A DNA stretch of 64,000 nucleotides from an uncultured Planococcus sp. (GTDB lineage Bacteria; Bacillota; Bacilli; Bacillales_A; Planococcaceae): the NCBI GenBank assembly GCA_947493585.1, contig CANLRI010000007.1:45-64044 (forward strand), read 5' to 3'. This document shows positions 1 through 9,936 of the stretch, in pieces. Positions within the stretch are counted from its first letter, which is position 1. Each line of letters starts with the position of its first letter. A model generated the notes under the pieces. That model searched no databases, was not told the DNA's origin, and saw only the letters and a program-made list of their open reading frames with translations. Both the position numbers and the translations under genes were made by a program.

Positions 1-59
1 ACGTTTTGCTGTTCAGTTTTCAAGGTTCATGTTTGCTGTCGTTCCTGACGACTTTTATT
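1..59 (-). other. 5' leader of an rRNA-type operon running off the left edge
   Basis: The minus strand reads ...CCTTGAAAACTGAACAGCAAAACGT. This resembles the CTTTGAAAACTAAACAAGACAAAACGT-type leader that precedes 16S rRNA in Bacillus rrn operons. It lies directly downstream of the promoter at 60..88. Confidence 0.4.
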
Positions 60-88
60 ATATTAAAGCATGTTTAAATATATGTCAA
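60..88 (-). promoter_or_regulatory. strong sigma-A promoter, TTGACA-17 nt-TAATAT, with an A/T-rich UP-like tract upstream (89..115)
   Basis: Minus strand: -35 TTGACA at 83..88, 17-nt spacer, -10 TAATAT at 60..65. The upstream sequence is TTTTGAAAAAAGTTTAGTAAATGCG. Confidence 0.6.
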
Positions 89-205
89 CGCATTTACTAA
101 ACTTTTTTCAAAAGAACTTTTCAGCTTCTTGAAATTCATTCGAAACACCCTCTAAACCCTATAGGTACAGCGTTTCTTGCTGTAGACAAAAAAGTCATTT
201 AAAAC

Positions 206-244
206 AAAAATTCCCGCCCCCTGCCCTAAAGGCAGAAAGCGGAA
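206..244 (-). terminator. intrinsic terminator after kbaA
   Basis: The stem is TTCCGCTTTCTGCC/GGCAGGGGGCGGGAA (with an internal mismatch region), followed by TTTTTG on the minus strand. Confidence 0.7.
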
Positions 245-257
245 CTTTTCTGAAAAA

Positions 258-938
258 TCATTTCTTTCCTTCAGCAGCCTGCGCTTTTCTCGCAGCCCGG
301 CGCGCTTCAAGTTTCAAACGGTCCTCTTCAGACTTCTCGTTATACTTCGGCAAGGCGAGAAGTTGATAAGCGTTCACTGCAAGCAACGGGAACAACAGCA
401 AGGTTACCCAGCTGTCTACATTCCCCGCTCTTACCATTAAAGCAGGCAGCCATTCCAGTGTTGTAACGACAATCATGAAGAACAATGCTGAAATGAATGC
501 TGACTTCGCTGTCCATTTCGCTTTGAAGTACGCTGTTGTGAGCGATACTGCCAATAAAATGAATAGCAGTGTTCCATAAAGGAATCCTTGCCCGCCCGTC
601 TCGACGTTCGGCAGGAAACGGAACACAATCAAGTCGAAGATGACGATCGCGATGATCAAGAGCTGTACCCAATTCCACAACCTAAGCGAGCGAAACATAT
701 TATGGCCGAACTGGTGAATCGTCAAATAGGCGAAGAAGCCCATCTGTGCAATCAAGCTCATGGTGAGACCGACGACAATCATCCAGACAAAGCCCGCGAT
801 GAATTCTCCCCATTGCCCATTCTGTGCAGCTTCGGCGAAGACATCGTTCCAGCGGATGAAAATTCCGAGCAACCCGGTAATCCCTCCACCTATCAATAAT
901 GCAGTCAATGCAAACTTAACCCAATTTCGTATAGTCAC
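258..938 (-). CDS. kbaA: KinB-signalling pathway activation protein KbaA (polytopic membrane protein)
   Basis: 226-aa hydrophobic ORF. The N-terminal pattern (WVKF..LLIGG..GFFAYLTIHQFG) and the position next to mrp/salA match the B. subtilis salA-gerD-kbaA neighbourhood. Confidence 0.7.
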   Translation of the reverse strand: MTIRNWVKFALTALLIGGGITGLLGIFIRWNDVFAEAAQNGQWGEFIAGFVWMIVVGLTMSLIAQMGFFAYLTIHQFGHNMFRSLRLWNWVQLLIIAIVIFDLIVFRFLPNVETGGQGFLYGTLLFILLAVSLTTAYFKAKWTAKSAFISALFFMIVVTTLEWLPALMVRAGNVDSWVTLLLFPLLAVNAYQLLALPKYNEKSEEDRLKLEARRAARKAQAAEGKK

Positions 939-1043
939 GTATATTGCCTCCGTTAATTTAAAGTTCCTTTCGATTGTATCAACAAACCCTTCTATCTGCA
1001 GGAGGAGTTGTGAACAAACCTTGAAAGTCTTTTACCACCTATA

Positions 1044-1077
1044 TAAAAATCCGGAAACCGAAAGCCGGTTTCCGGAT
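1044..1077 (-). terminator. intrinsic terminator after mrp
   Basis: Perfect stem ATCCGGAAACCG-GCTT-CGGTTTCCGGAT followed by TTTTTAT on the minus strand. Confidence 0.85.
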
Positions 1078-1085
1078 AATATGTT

Positions 1086-2159
1086 TTATTGCTTGTTCTC
1101 TTTATTCGCGAATTGCTGGAGGACTTGTTGGGCAATCTCTCCATAAATCTTTCCGGTTGGGTGATCTTCTGCGTAGACAGATGGAGCGAAATCATTTTCA
1201 TCCCAGTCCGGCTGGCCAAGCGGAATCTGTCCGAGCAATGGAGATTGTAATTCTTCAGCGAGCTTTGCCCCGCCGCCTTTTCCGAAGATGTATTCTTTTT
1301 TGCCAGATCCTTGGCTTTCAAACCACGACATGTTCTCGACGACTCCCAATACTTCGTGATTGGTTTGCAAGGCCATCGCTCCTGCTCGGGCTGCGACGAA
1401 TGCAGCTGTCGGGTGCGGAGTGGTGACAACGATTTCTTTGGAAGCCGGAAGCATTTGGTGGATATCAAGAGCGACGTCCCCTGTTCCTGGTGGCAAGTCC
1501 AATAGAAGATAGTCAAGATCTCCCCACTCCACATCGCGGAAGAATTGATCCAAGACTTTCCCGAGCATTGGGCCACGCCATACGACAGGCATGTTATCTT
1601 CGACGAAGAAGCCCATGGAAATGACTTTGACTCCGAAGCGCTCGACCGGGATGATCGTATCGCCTCGGACGACTGGCGCTTTATCGATGCCCATCATGTC
1701 CGGCACGCTGAAGCCGTAGATGTCTGCATCCACAAGGCCAACTTTTTTCCCTGCACGCGCAAGCGCGATCGCCAAGTTGACAGAGACCGTCGATTTCCCG
1801 ACGCCGCCCTTGCCGCTGGCGATGGAGATGAATTCCACTTTGTTCAATGGAGACAATAAGTCTTGTGCTTCAGACTCATTCGCGGTTCCACGGAACTGTG
1901 CTAAGGCTTCTGGCGGCAATTCTTCAAAACGGATACCGACTGAATCAGCTCCGACACCTTTAATCGCATCCACGACCTTCATCTGAAGCTGCATTTGTTC
2001 CGGCGTGTTCGTTTTGGCGATTGCCAATTTGACACTGACGTATTTCTTCTCTTCTTTGATTTTTACCGACAAGATGCCGTTTGTTTCCGAAAGGGTTCTA
2101 TGTAAAAACGGATCTTCTAGAGCTCCGACTGCTTCTCGCACTTGTGTTTCACTTAACAT
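1086..2159 (-). CDS. mrp: Mrp/NBP35/ApbC-family Fe-S cluster carrier ATPase (SalA/YbaL-like)
   Basis: 357 aa with an N-terminal DUF59-like region and a deviant Walker A (SGKGGVGKST). AAGGAG Shine-Dalgarno 9 nt before the ATG. Confidence 0.9.
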   Translation of the reverse strand: MLSETQVREAVGALEDPFLHRTLSETNGILSVKIKEEKKYVSVKLAIAKTNTPEQMQLQMKVVDAIKGVGADSVGIRFEELPPEALAQFRGTANESEAQDLLSPLNKVEFISIASGKGGVGKSTVSVNLAIALARAGKKVGLVDADIYGFSVPDMMGIDKAPVVRGDTIIPVERFGVKVISMGFFVEDNMPVVWRGPMLGKVLDQFFRDVEWGDLDYLLLDLPPGTGDVALDIHQMLPASKEIVVTTPHPTAAFVAARAGAMALQTNHEVLGVVENMSWFESQGSGKKEYIFGKGGGAKLAEELQSPLLGQIPLGQPDWDENDFAPSVYAEDHPTGKIYGEIAQQVLQQFANKENKQ

Positions 2160-2259
2160 TCCACTACACTCCTTATCACTTTTGCTACAGTCCAGTATAA
2201 CATAGTGAAAGCGTTTTTAAATCCATTCCGGCTTTTCGCTGTGCGGCATCTTGCAATTG

Positions 2260-2700
2260 CTATTCGATACGATTTAAGTCGAGCATATCTTGTGCGTCAA
2301 ATGTAAAATCAGGTCCATATGCGACTTCCCAGTGATAGCCGTCTGGGTCTTGAAAATAACCCGAATACCCTCCCCAAAAGACCTCGACAGGTTGTTTCAC
2401 AATCACCGCTCCCGCTTTTCTCGCTAGGTTCATGACTTGATCCACTTCCTCGCGTGATTTGGCATTATAGGCCAAGGTGATTCCAGAGAAGCCGGTTTTC
2501 ACGGGCGGATTTTCTGCGTCGATGTCTTTTGCCAATTCTTCTAAAGGATATAACTCCAATTTGGTACCTGAAGTATTGAAGAAAATGATGTCTGGTTTGT
2601 CGCTCGTTTCATCGGTGTGGAAGCCCAATTCATCTCGGTAAAACTTCACAGACCTTTCCATGTTCCGAACGCCCAAGCAGATTAGATTGATGCGGTTCAT
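2260..2700 (-). CDS. VOC-family (glyoxalase/bleomycin-resistance fold) protein
   Basis: The ORF was trimmed to MNRINLICLGVRNMERSVKFY..., which has an AAGGGAG Shine-Dalgarno. It carries the typical VOC N-terminal beta-alpha-beta motif and a C-terminal DPDG.HWE motif. Confidence 0.75.
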   Translation of the reverse strand: MNRINLICLGVRNMERSVKFYRDELGFHTDETSDKPDIIFFNTSGTKLELYPLEELAKDIDAENPPVKTGFSGITLAYNAKSREEVDQVMNLARKAGAVIVKQPVEVFWGGYSGYFQDPDGYHWEVAYGPDFTFDAQDMLDLNRIE

Positions 2701-2744
2701 TTCATTCACTCCCTTTCGGTTTGCTATAAAATTCGCCAACACAC

Positions 2745-2780
2745 AAAAAAGCACCTTCCGGGAAAACCGGAAAGTGCTTT
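2745..2780 (-). terminator. intrinsic terminator after rpsI
   Basis: Stem GCACTTTCCGG-TTTT-CCCGGAAGGTGC followed by TTTTTTG. Confidence 0.85.
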
Positions 2781-2792
2781 TGAAAGGTAAAA

Positions 2793-3185
2793 TTAACGTT
2801 TTGAGAACTGAGGTGCGCGACGTGCCGCTTTAAGACCGTATTTTTTACGTTCTTTCATACGTGGGTCACGTGTTAGGAATCCAGCAGATTTAAGAGCTCC
2901 GCGGAATTCTGGGTCTACTGTAAGTAGAGCGCGTGCAATTCCGTGACGGATTGCGCCGGCTTGTCCAGTGAACCCGCCGCCTTTTACGTTTACCAATACA
3001 TCGTAGCTACCAAGAGTTTCAGTAGTTACTAGTGGTTGTTTGATGATTTGCTCAAGCGTTTCGTATGGAACGTAGTCAGATACGTCACGGTTGTTGATTG
3101 TGATTGTACCATCTCCTGGTACCAAACGTACGCGAGCTGTTGAGTTTTTACGGCGACCTGTACCGATATATTGAACTTGTGCCAA
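2793..3185 (-). CDS. rpsI: 30S ribosomal protein S9
   Basis: 130 aa with the conserved C-terminus ...[17 protein letters not shown]. Follows rplM. Confidence 0.97.
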   Translation of the reverse strand: MAQVQYIGTGRRKNSTARVRLVPGDGTITINNRDVSDYVPYETLEQIIKQPLVTTETLGSYDVLVNVKGGGFTGQAGAIRHGIARALLTVDPEFRGALKSAGFLTRDPRMKERKKYGLKAARRAPQFSKR

Positions 3186-3214
3186 AGGTGTATCCTCCTC
3201 TTATTTACTGATTA

Positions 3215-3652
3215 TTATCCGCGAAGCGTGTAAGCTTCAGGTTGTTGTGCTTGGTGGTTGTGCTCTGGTCCAGCGTATACATGCAATTTCTTGAATGTTT
3301 GGCGGCCCAAAGAGTTCTTTGGAAGCATGCCTTTGATCGCTAGTTCAAGCATTTTTGTAGGGTATTTCGTGCGCATTTCAAGTGCTGTGCGCTGCTTAAG
3401 TCCGCCTGTGTATTGCGTGTGGCGGTAGTAGATTTTGTCGGTAAGTTTTTTACCAGTCAAGTGGATTTTGTCAGCATTGATGATGATGACGTGATCGCCA
3501 GTGTCGACGTTCGGTGTGAATGTTGGTTTGTATTTCCCGCGCAAGATTGAAGCGACTTCAGAAGCCAAACGTCCAAGAGTTTGCCCTTCTGCATCGACAA
3601 CCAACCATTTACGCTCTACTTCGTGACCTTTAGCCATGAATGTTGTACGCAT
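3215..3652 (-). CDS. rplM: 50S ribosomal protein L13
   Basis: Trimmed to [21 protein letters not shown] (145 aa). AGGAGGA Shine-Dalgarno upstream. Confidence 0.96.
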   Translation of the reverse strand: MRTTFMAKGHEVERKWLVVDAEGQTLGRLASEVASILRGKYKPTFTPNVDTGDHVIIINADKIHLTGKKLTDKIYYRHTQYTGGLKQRTALEMRTKYPTKMLELAIKGMLPKNSLGRQTFKKLHVYAGPEHNHQAQQPEAYTLRG

Positions 3653-3795
3653 GTATATTGTCCTCCTAATGAATCGTCTCATTTTTTTAGAATTCAGTTC
3701 CAAGTGTTCCATGTTGGTTCCGTTGTTCCGTGTTTTCCTTATCCCTTAACACAAATAACCTTCCGGGGCATATCGTGGGGGTAATGAAAATACCA
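3653..3795 (-). promoter_or_regulatory. long rplM 5' UTR, candidate L13 ribosomal-protein leader
   Basis: ~145-nt untranslated leader between the promoter at 3802..3830 and rplM. Firmicutes carry an L13 autoregulatory leader at this position. No covariance model was run. Confidence 0.45.
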
Positions 3796-3801
3796 TACAT
3801 C

Positions 3802-3830
3802 ATCATATAACGGATTACGTGTTAAGTCAA
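3802..3830 (-). promoter_or_regulatory. sigma-A promoter, TTGACT-17-TATGAT, for rplM-rpsI
   Basis: -35 at 3825..3830 and -10 at 3802..3807 on the minus strand. Confidence 0.65.
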
Positions 3831-3868
3831 GGATATTTAGAAAAACACCAGGAAAAGTTGCTTCACTC

Positions 3869-4606
3869 TCAGTAATGCACTTTTTCCAAGTACAACCCGT
3901 GTGCTGCCGCGGTTTTGCCGGCAGCGTCGCGGTCACAAGCCGCAATGATTTCAGCCAGTTCTTCCGGTTCTCTTCTATTTAATCCGACTTCGAGTAAAGT
4001 GCCTGCAATAATGCGCACCATATTATAGAGAAAGCCGGATCCTTCAATGACCATATGCAATTCTTCGCCATATTCTTCAAAATCAATTCGCCAGATCGTT
4101 CTTACTTTATCGACCACATTGGTGTTTGCCGCGCAAAAACTTGAAAAATCATGCGTGCCGATAAACGCTTGGGCCGCTTTTTCCATGCGCGCCACATCGA
4201 TTTGCTGCGGTACATGGACGAGGTGGTTGCGGCTGAAAGGATTGATGAGCTTGCTGCAGTTCCACTTATAGCGGTAAACTTTCCCTTTTGCGTGGTAGCG
4301 GGCATGGAAATCCGGATCTGTTTGTTCGACATCATAAACTTGGATGTCTTGTGGCAGACGTACATTAAGCGCACGAACCCAGGACTCTTTTGGCATGGAA
4401 AACGGCGTATCGAAATGGACCACTTGCCCCGTGGCATGCACCCCGGAATCCGTCCGTCCGCTCGCCACCACTTCGACCGGCTCGCCTTTATGCAATTCTT
4501 TCAACGCGCGCAACAGCTCCAGTTGAACGGTGCGGGTTTTCAACTGGATTTGGTAGCCTGCAAACCCGCTGCCGTCATAGGCAATCGTCGCTTTCATTCG
4601 TTTCAT
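3869..4606 (-). CDS. truA: tRNA pseudouridine(38-40) synthase TruA
   Basis: Trimmed to MKRMKATIAYDGSGFAGYQ. Has the catalytic GRTDSGVHA motif and an AAAGGAGAG Shine-Dalgarno. Confidence 0.93.
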   Translation of the reverse strand: MKRMKATIAYDGSGFAGYQIQLKTRTVQLELLRALKELHKGEPVEVVASGRTDSGVHATGQVVHFDTPFSMPKESWVRALNVRLPQDIQVYDVEQTDPDFHARYHAKGKVYRYKWNCSKLINPFSRNHLVHVPQQIDVARMEKAAQAFIGTHDFSSFCAANTNVVDKVRTIWRIDFEEYGEELHMVIEGSGFLYNMVRIIAGTLLEVGLNRREPEELAEIIAACDRDAAGKTAAAHGLYLEKVHY

Positions 4607-4657
4607 GAGGTCTCTCCTTTTAATGCAACTTTCATAAAGAACCACCATCTCTGCTGG

Positions 4658-5455
4658 TTAACTTCGGAAATACCAGAGCAATCCAGCAAATCCAACGAGC
4701 AGCAATAGGCTCAATGTGTCTATAATGCGCCAGTTGAGCTGGCGGTAGCGCGTACGTCCTTCTCCCCCGCGGTAGCCTCTCACTTCCATGGCAGTCGCTA
4801 AATCTTCAGCTCGCTTGAAAGCACTGACAAACAATGGGATGAGTAGCGGTACGACCGCTTTGATGCGTTCTTTGATAGGGCCTGAGCCGATATCCGAGCC
4901 GCGTGCCATCTGCGCTTTCAAGATCTTTCCGGTTTCATCCATCAAGGTCGGGATGAACCGGAGTGAAATGGACATCATCAATGCCAGTTCATGGACTGGC
5001 AGTTTGACGCGTTTGAATGGCCCAAGCAGTACTTCTATGCCATCCGTGATTGAAATCGGCGATGTCGTTAAAGTCAGGATGCTTGTCATGAACACCAAGA
5101 CCAGGAAACGAATCGAGATGAATATCCCCTGTCGCAGCCCTTCTTCATAGACATCTACAAAACCGACACTAAACAGCAATGCCCCGCCTTCAGTAAAGAA
5201 TAAATGCAGGAAAAATGTAAAGGCCATTAAGATGAAGACCGGTTTTAAGCCGTTAATTAAGAAATACAGCCGGATTTTCGATAAAAACACGGACAACAAG
5301 GTAAATCCAAGCAAAATCGCATACGTGATGGCGTTATTCGCGATAAAAACGATCGCGATAAACAAAAAGACGAACAGGATTTTGGCTCTTGGGTCCATTC
5401 GGTGGACGATTGAATCTCCTGGAATAAAGCGCCCGAAAATCATTTTCTCCATCAT
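4658..5455 (-). CDS. ecfT: ECF transporter transmembrane (T) component
   Basis: 265-aa membrane protein directly after the two EcfA ATPases. ATGA overlap with ecfA2. Confidence 0.9.
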   Translation of the reverse strand: MMEKMIFGRFIPGDSIVHRMDPRAKILFVFLFIAIVFIANNAITYAILLGFTLLSVFLSKIRLYFLINGLKPVFILMAFTFFLHLFFTEGGALLFSVGFVDVYEEGLRQGIFISIRFLVLVFMTSILTLTTSPISITDGIEVLLGPFKRVKLPVHELALMMSISLRFIPTLMDETGKILKAQMARGSDIGSGPIKERIKAVVPLLIPLFVSAFKRAEDLATAMEVRGYRGGEGRTRYRQLNWRIIDTLSLLLLVGFAGLLWYFRS

Positions 5456-6324
5456 TTCGGTTCACGCCCTTCCTGAAGCACCCGTGCAATGGACTGCGCC
5501 AATGCCTCTTCGGTCAGCGCAAGTTCATCGAGCGTCAAGCCGGTTTTTTCTTCGAACTCCCGCTGCATGCGCACGGTGCGCGGCGGCTCCAATCGGTAAT
5601 CGCCGAGCTGCTCTTCGTTGGCGAAGACTTCGCGCACAGCGCCTGTCGCGACGCACTTCCCGCTATGCATAATGGCTACTGTATCCGCGTAGCGCGCCGC
5701 ATCTTCCATGCTATGAGTCACGAGGACAGTCGTTAAGCCCTTTTCTTTATGCAGACGGTAAAACAAATCCATGATTTCCCGGCGGCCGCGCGGGTCGAGT
5801 CCTGCCGTTGGTTCATCCAGCACTAAAACATCCGGCTCCATCGCCAAGACTCCCGCTATTGCGACGCGGCGCATCTGTCCGCCTGATAAATCAAAAGGAG
5901 ATTTCTCCAGCACGTTATCCGGAAGCCCGAGCTGTTCGACCAAAGCAATAGCCCGTCTGCGTGCTTCTTCTTCCGGCACGCCGAAATTCAATGGACCGAA
6001 CATGATATCTTTCAGGACGGTTTCATCAAATAGCTGCTGTTCCGGAAACTGAAAGACGATGCCGACTTTTTTCCGCACATCACGCAAGTTCTTTGCTTTC
6101 GTTCCTGCCTCGATTTTCCGTTCGCCGATCAACACACTGCCCTCAGTCGGCTGCAATAAGGCATTTAAATGCTGCAACACGGTCGATTTTCCAGAACCCG
6201 TATGCCCGATGATCGCTGTGTAAGAGCCGGACGGTATGTGCAGCGTGACATCCGTCAGTGCTCGTTTTTCAAAAGGGGTATCTTTCGCGTAGCTGTATCC
6301 TACTTGCTTGAGTAATATGTCCAT
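5452..6324 (-). CDS. ecfA2: ECF transporter ATPase EcfA2
   Basis: ABC ATPase with Walker A GHTGSGKST, signature LSGGQ and Walker B LVLDE. Second ATPase of the rplQ-ecfA-ecfA'-ecfT-truA cluster. Confidence 0.9.
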   Translation of the reverse strand: MDILLKQVGYSYAKDTPFEKRALTDVTLHIPSGSYTAIIGHTGSGKSTVLQHLNALLQPTEGSVLIGERKIEAGTKAKNLRDVRKKVGIVFQFPEQQLFDETVLKDIMFGPLNFGVPEEEARRRAIALVEQLGLPDNVLEKSPFDLSGGQMRRVAIAGVLAMEPDVLVLDEPTAGLDPRGRREIMDLFYRLHKEKGLTTVLVTHSMEDAARYADTVAIMHSGKCVATGAVREVFANEEQLGDYRLEPPRTVRMQREFEEKTGLTLDELALTEEALAQSIARVLQEGREPK

Positions 6325-7148
6325 AATTCCTCCACCAGCTCATGTTCTGTCATAGATTCACCGGTCATCGGCACGCCGGCTTGTTTCAATAAACCGGCCA
6401 TCCGCATTGCGAACGGCAGATCGAGCCCCATTTCCGTCAACTCTTCACCTGAAGAAAACACTTCATCGGGTGTGCCTTCCATTTGCTTGTGGCCGGCATT
6501 CATCACCAATACACGGTCAGCAAGCGCCGCTTCCTCTAGGTCATGAGTAATCGACAACACGGTGAGGCCTGTTGCTTCCCGCAGCTCACGGATCGTCTCG
6601 ATGACTTCTCGGCGGCCTTGCGGATCGAGCATCGATGTGGCTTCATCTAAAATGAGCAGGCGCGGGCGCAAAGCCAGTGCCCCGGCAATTGCCACCCGCT
6701 GCTTTTGCCCGCCTGAGAGGTGATGCGGTTCATGGTCGAGATAATCCGCCATCTTCACTTGCTGTAATGACTCACGAACACGCACGACCATTTCTTCGTG
6801 AGGAACGCCATTGTTCTCCAAAGCGAATGCGACATCATCTTGCACCGTCGCACCGACAAATTGATTGTCTGGATTCTGGAACACCATCCCCATCTGCGAG
6901 CGGATGTCCCATAAGCTTTCTTCAGACATTGTCAGTCCCATTGCTTTGACTGTTCCTTGCTGCGGGAACAATAAGCCGTTCATCAGTTTGGCGATCGTCG
7001 ACTTGCCGGAACCGTTATGGCCGACAAGCGCGACCCATTCCCCTTCCCCAATCGAAAACGACAGATCCGAGACCGCCGGCTTAATCGATTCGTCTTCTGG
7101 TACGTATGTGAATGCCACTTGTTCAAATGACAAAATGCTTCCTTTCAT
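6300..7148 (-). CDS. ecfA1: ECF transporter ATPase EcfA1
   Basis: ABC ATPase with Walker A GHNGSGKST, signature LSGGQ and Walker B LILDE. Confidence 0.9.
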   Translation of the reverse strand: MKGSILSFEQVAFTYVPEDESIKPAVSDLSFSIGEGEWVALVGHNGSGKSTIAKLMNGLLFPQQGTVKAMGLTMSEESLWDIRSQMGMVFQNPDNQFVGATVQDDVAFALENNGVPHEEMVVRVRESLQQVKMADYLDHEPHHLSGGQKQRVAIAGALALRPRLLILDEATSMLDPQGRREVIETIRELREATGLTVLSITHDLEEAALADRVLVMNAGHKQMEGTPDEVFSSGEELTEMGLDLPFAMRMAGLLKQAGVPMTGESMTEHELVEELWTYYSSK

Positions 7149-7233
7149 GTGTTGAAGCCTCCTCTAAACTTTCTCTACTCTGCTCTTATGTGCTGTAAAA
7201 CGGGAACGCTCTAGCCTCGCTTAATTCGCACTG

Positions 7234-7261
7234 TTTATATTCCCTCCTAAGAGAACATCAA
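7234..7261 (-). promoter_or_regulatory. possible sigma-A promoter, TTGATG-16-TATAAA, for ecfA1
   Basis: -35 at 7256..7261 and -10 at 7234..7239. Imperfect hexamers and a 16-nt spacer. Confidence 0.35.
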
Positions 7262-7287
7262 CACTGAAAATTAATTCATCAGTAAAT

Positions 7288-7420
7288 AAAAAAAGCGCGC
7301 ACCTCATTCAGAGTATGCGCTTTTCTGTCTCTATGGCTCCTGCGGGTGCTTAAGCCGCCGGTTGAATGAGGTGCGTAGAGCTAGACGAGACGCCGCCCGA
7401 AGGCTCGCTCATCATAACAC
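7288..7420 (-). ncRNA. unassigned structured RNA element between rplQ and ecfA1 (hairpin plus a 13-bp long-range helix ending in a U7 tract)
   Basis: Hairpin GAGCGAGCC-UUCG-GGCGGCGUCUC at 7387..7410. A perfect 13-bp helix CGCACCUCAUUCA/UGAAUGAGGUGCG (7363..7375 with 7298..7310) is followed by U7 (7288..7294). No ORF. Confidence 0.35.
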
Positions 7421-7453
7421 TCAGCTTTTCATATTGTCGTATAAATCATGATG

Positions 7454-7482
7454 CTAAAAGAAGAGGGCTATGAACCCTCTTC
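7454..7482 (-). terminator. intrinsic terminator after rplQ
   Basis: Stem GAAGAGGG-TTCATA-GCCCTCTTC followed by TTTTAG. Confidence 0.8.
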
Positions 7483-7488
7483 AACTGA

Positions 7489-7863
7489 TTAAACCAATTC
7501 AATAATTACGATTGGTGCGCCATCTCCGCGACGAGGCCCCATTTTCATGATGCGCGTGTAGCCGCCTTGACGGTCAGCGTAACGTGGTGCAACATCATCA
7601 AACAATTTTTGCAAAGCAAAGATTGTGTTTTCGTTGCCTTCTTCGTCAGTCGAAGTCACAAGTTCACGGCGAATGTATGCTGCAGCTTTACGGCGTGCGT
7701 GGATGTCTCCGCGCTTACCAAGCGTGATCATTTTTTCTACAGTTGAACGGACTTCTTTAGCACGGGCTTCAGTTGTCTGAATGCGCTCGTGAACGATTAG
7801 GTCAGTCGTAAGGTCACGCAATAGCGCTTTACGTTGAGAACTTGTACGTTGAAGTTTTCTCAT
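7489..7863 (-). CDS. rplQ: 50S ribosomal protein L17
   Basis: 124 aa. Conserved position after rpoA. Confidence 0.96.
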   Translation of the reverse strand: MRKLQRTSSQRKALLRDLTTDLIVHERIQTTEARAKEVRSTVEKMITLGKRGDIHARRKAAAYIRRELVTSTDEEGNENTIFALQKLFDDVAPRYADRQGGYTRIMKMGPRRGDGAPIVIIELV

Positions 7864-7908
7864 TGAAGTTTCCCTCCTTTGTTGAATAGTTCAGAAAGAA
7901 TCGGGCAA

Positions 7909-8853
7909 TCAGTCTTCTTTACGAAGGCCAAGACCTAGATCTTCCAACTTCACTTTCACTTCTTCAAGTGATTTGCGTCCGAGGTTGCGAACTTTCATCA
8001 TGTCGTCTTCCGACTTGTTGGCCAATTCGTGGACAGTGTTAATGCCGGCACGTTTCAGGCAGTTATAAGAACGAACAGAAAGATCAAGCTCTTCGATAGT
8101 CATCTCAAGCACTTTCTCTTTTTGGTCTTCTTCTTTTTCAACCATGATTTCAGCTGTTTGAGCCTCATCCGTCAATCCTACGAAGATGTTCAGATGTTCC
8201 GTGAAAATTTTCGCGCCAAGCGCAATTGCCTCTTTGGGACCGATGCTTCCATCTGTCCAGACATCGAGGGTTAATTTATCGAAATGAGCGAGTTGGCCCA
8301 CACGGGTATTTTCCACTTGGAAATTGACGCGTGAAACTGGCGTGTAAATAGAGTCAATCGGGATAACGCCAATCGGAAGATCTTCACGTTTGTTCTGATC
8401 TGCACGGGCATACCCACGGCCGCGGTTAGCATACATGCGCATGCGCAAGTGGCCGTCTTTCGCGATTGTTGCAATATATAGATCCGGATTCAGAATTTCC
8501 ACGTCACTATCGTGAGTGATATCTGCAGCCGTAACCGTTCCGTCACCTTTTACATCAATTTCAATGACTTTTTCTTCGTCAGAGTAAATTTTCAACGCCA
8601 GCTTCTTGATGTTCAAAATGATAGAGGCTACATCTTCTTCTACACCTTCGACAGTGGAGAATTCATGCAAAACGCCATCAATTTGGATCGAAGTAACCGC
8701 AGCGCCAGGTAAAGATGAAAGTAGGATTCGACGTAAGGAGTTACCTAAAGTGGTACCATATCCACGCTCAAGGGGTTCAACAACGAACTTGCCGTATTTG
8801 GCATTGCTGTTGATCTCAACCGTTTCAATTTTTGGTTTTTCTATTTCGAGCAT
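7909..8853 (-). CDS. rpoA: DNA-directed RNA polymerase subunit alpha
   Basis: 314 aa, [14 protein letters not shown]... N-terminus and a C-terminal domain with [16 protein letters not shown]. Confidence 0.98.
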   Translation of the reverse strand: MLEIEKPKIETVEINSNAKYGKFVVEPLERGYGTTLGNSLRRILLSSLPGAAVTSIQIDGVLHEFSTVEGVEEDVASIILNIKKLALKIYSDEEKVIEIDVKGDGTVTAADITHDSDVEILNPDLYIATIAKDGHLRMRMYANRGRGYARADQNKREDLPIGVIPIDSIYTPVSRVNFQVENTRVGQLAHFDKLTLDVWTDGSIGPKEAIALGAKIFTEHLNIFVGLTDEAQTAEIMVEKEEDQKEKVLEMTIEELDLSVRSYNCLKRAGINTVHELANKSEDDMMKVRNLGRKSLEEVKVKLEDLGLGLRKED

Positions 8854-8980
8854 TCAGTTTACCCTCCTTCAAAACGTCGGTATTTTCGTTGCATAAGAAT
8901 TCGATAGTCACAGACTTTCGCTACGATTCAGAACACATTTAGTAAGTCGTGATGTTCAAAAATCCTACTCAGACCAACGA

Positions 8981-9388
<408 letters not shown>

Positions 9389-9395
9389 TTACTGA

Positions 9396-9761
9396 TTATT
9401 TTTTCTTGTTAGCTACAGTTTTACGAGGACCTTTACGCGTACGCGCGTTGTTCTTCGTATTTTGACCACGAACCGGAAGACCGCGACGGTGGCGGATACC
9501 ACGGAAGCTAGCGATTTCCATCAAACGTTTGATGTTCATGGAAACTTCACGGCGAAGGTCACCTTCGATTTTGTACTGATCCAATTGTTCACGGATATTG
9601 TTCAACTCGTCTTCTGTAAGATCGCGAACGCGAGTCTCTTCAGAAACACCAGCACCAGAAAGAACTTTCTGAGCAGTTGTTTTCCCAACACCGTAGATAT
9701 AAGTCAATGAAATTACAACGCGTTTGTCGCGCGGAATGTCAACACCAGAAATACGTGCCAT
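9396..9761 (-). CDS. rpsM: 30S ribosomal protein S13
   Basis: 121 aa, [15 protein letters not shown]... Confidence 0.97.
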   Translation of the reverse strand: MARISGVDIPRDKRVVISLTYIYGVGKTTAQKVLSGAGVSEETRVRDLTEDELNNIREQLDQYKIEGDLRREVSMNIKRLMEIASFRGIRHRRGLPVRGQNTKNNARTRKGPRKTVANKKK

Positions 9762-9785
9762 GTGTGCGATGCACCTCCTTCTTTA

Positions 9786-9899
<114 letters not shown>

Positions 9900-9936
9900 C
9901 TAACCCAACCTCCTTAGTAGTCCGGAGTGCAAAAGA

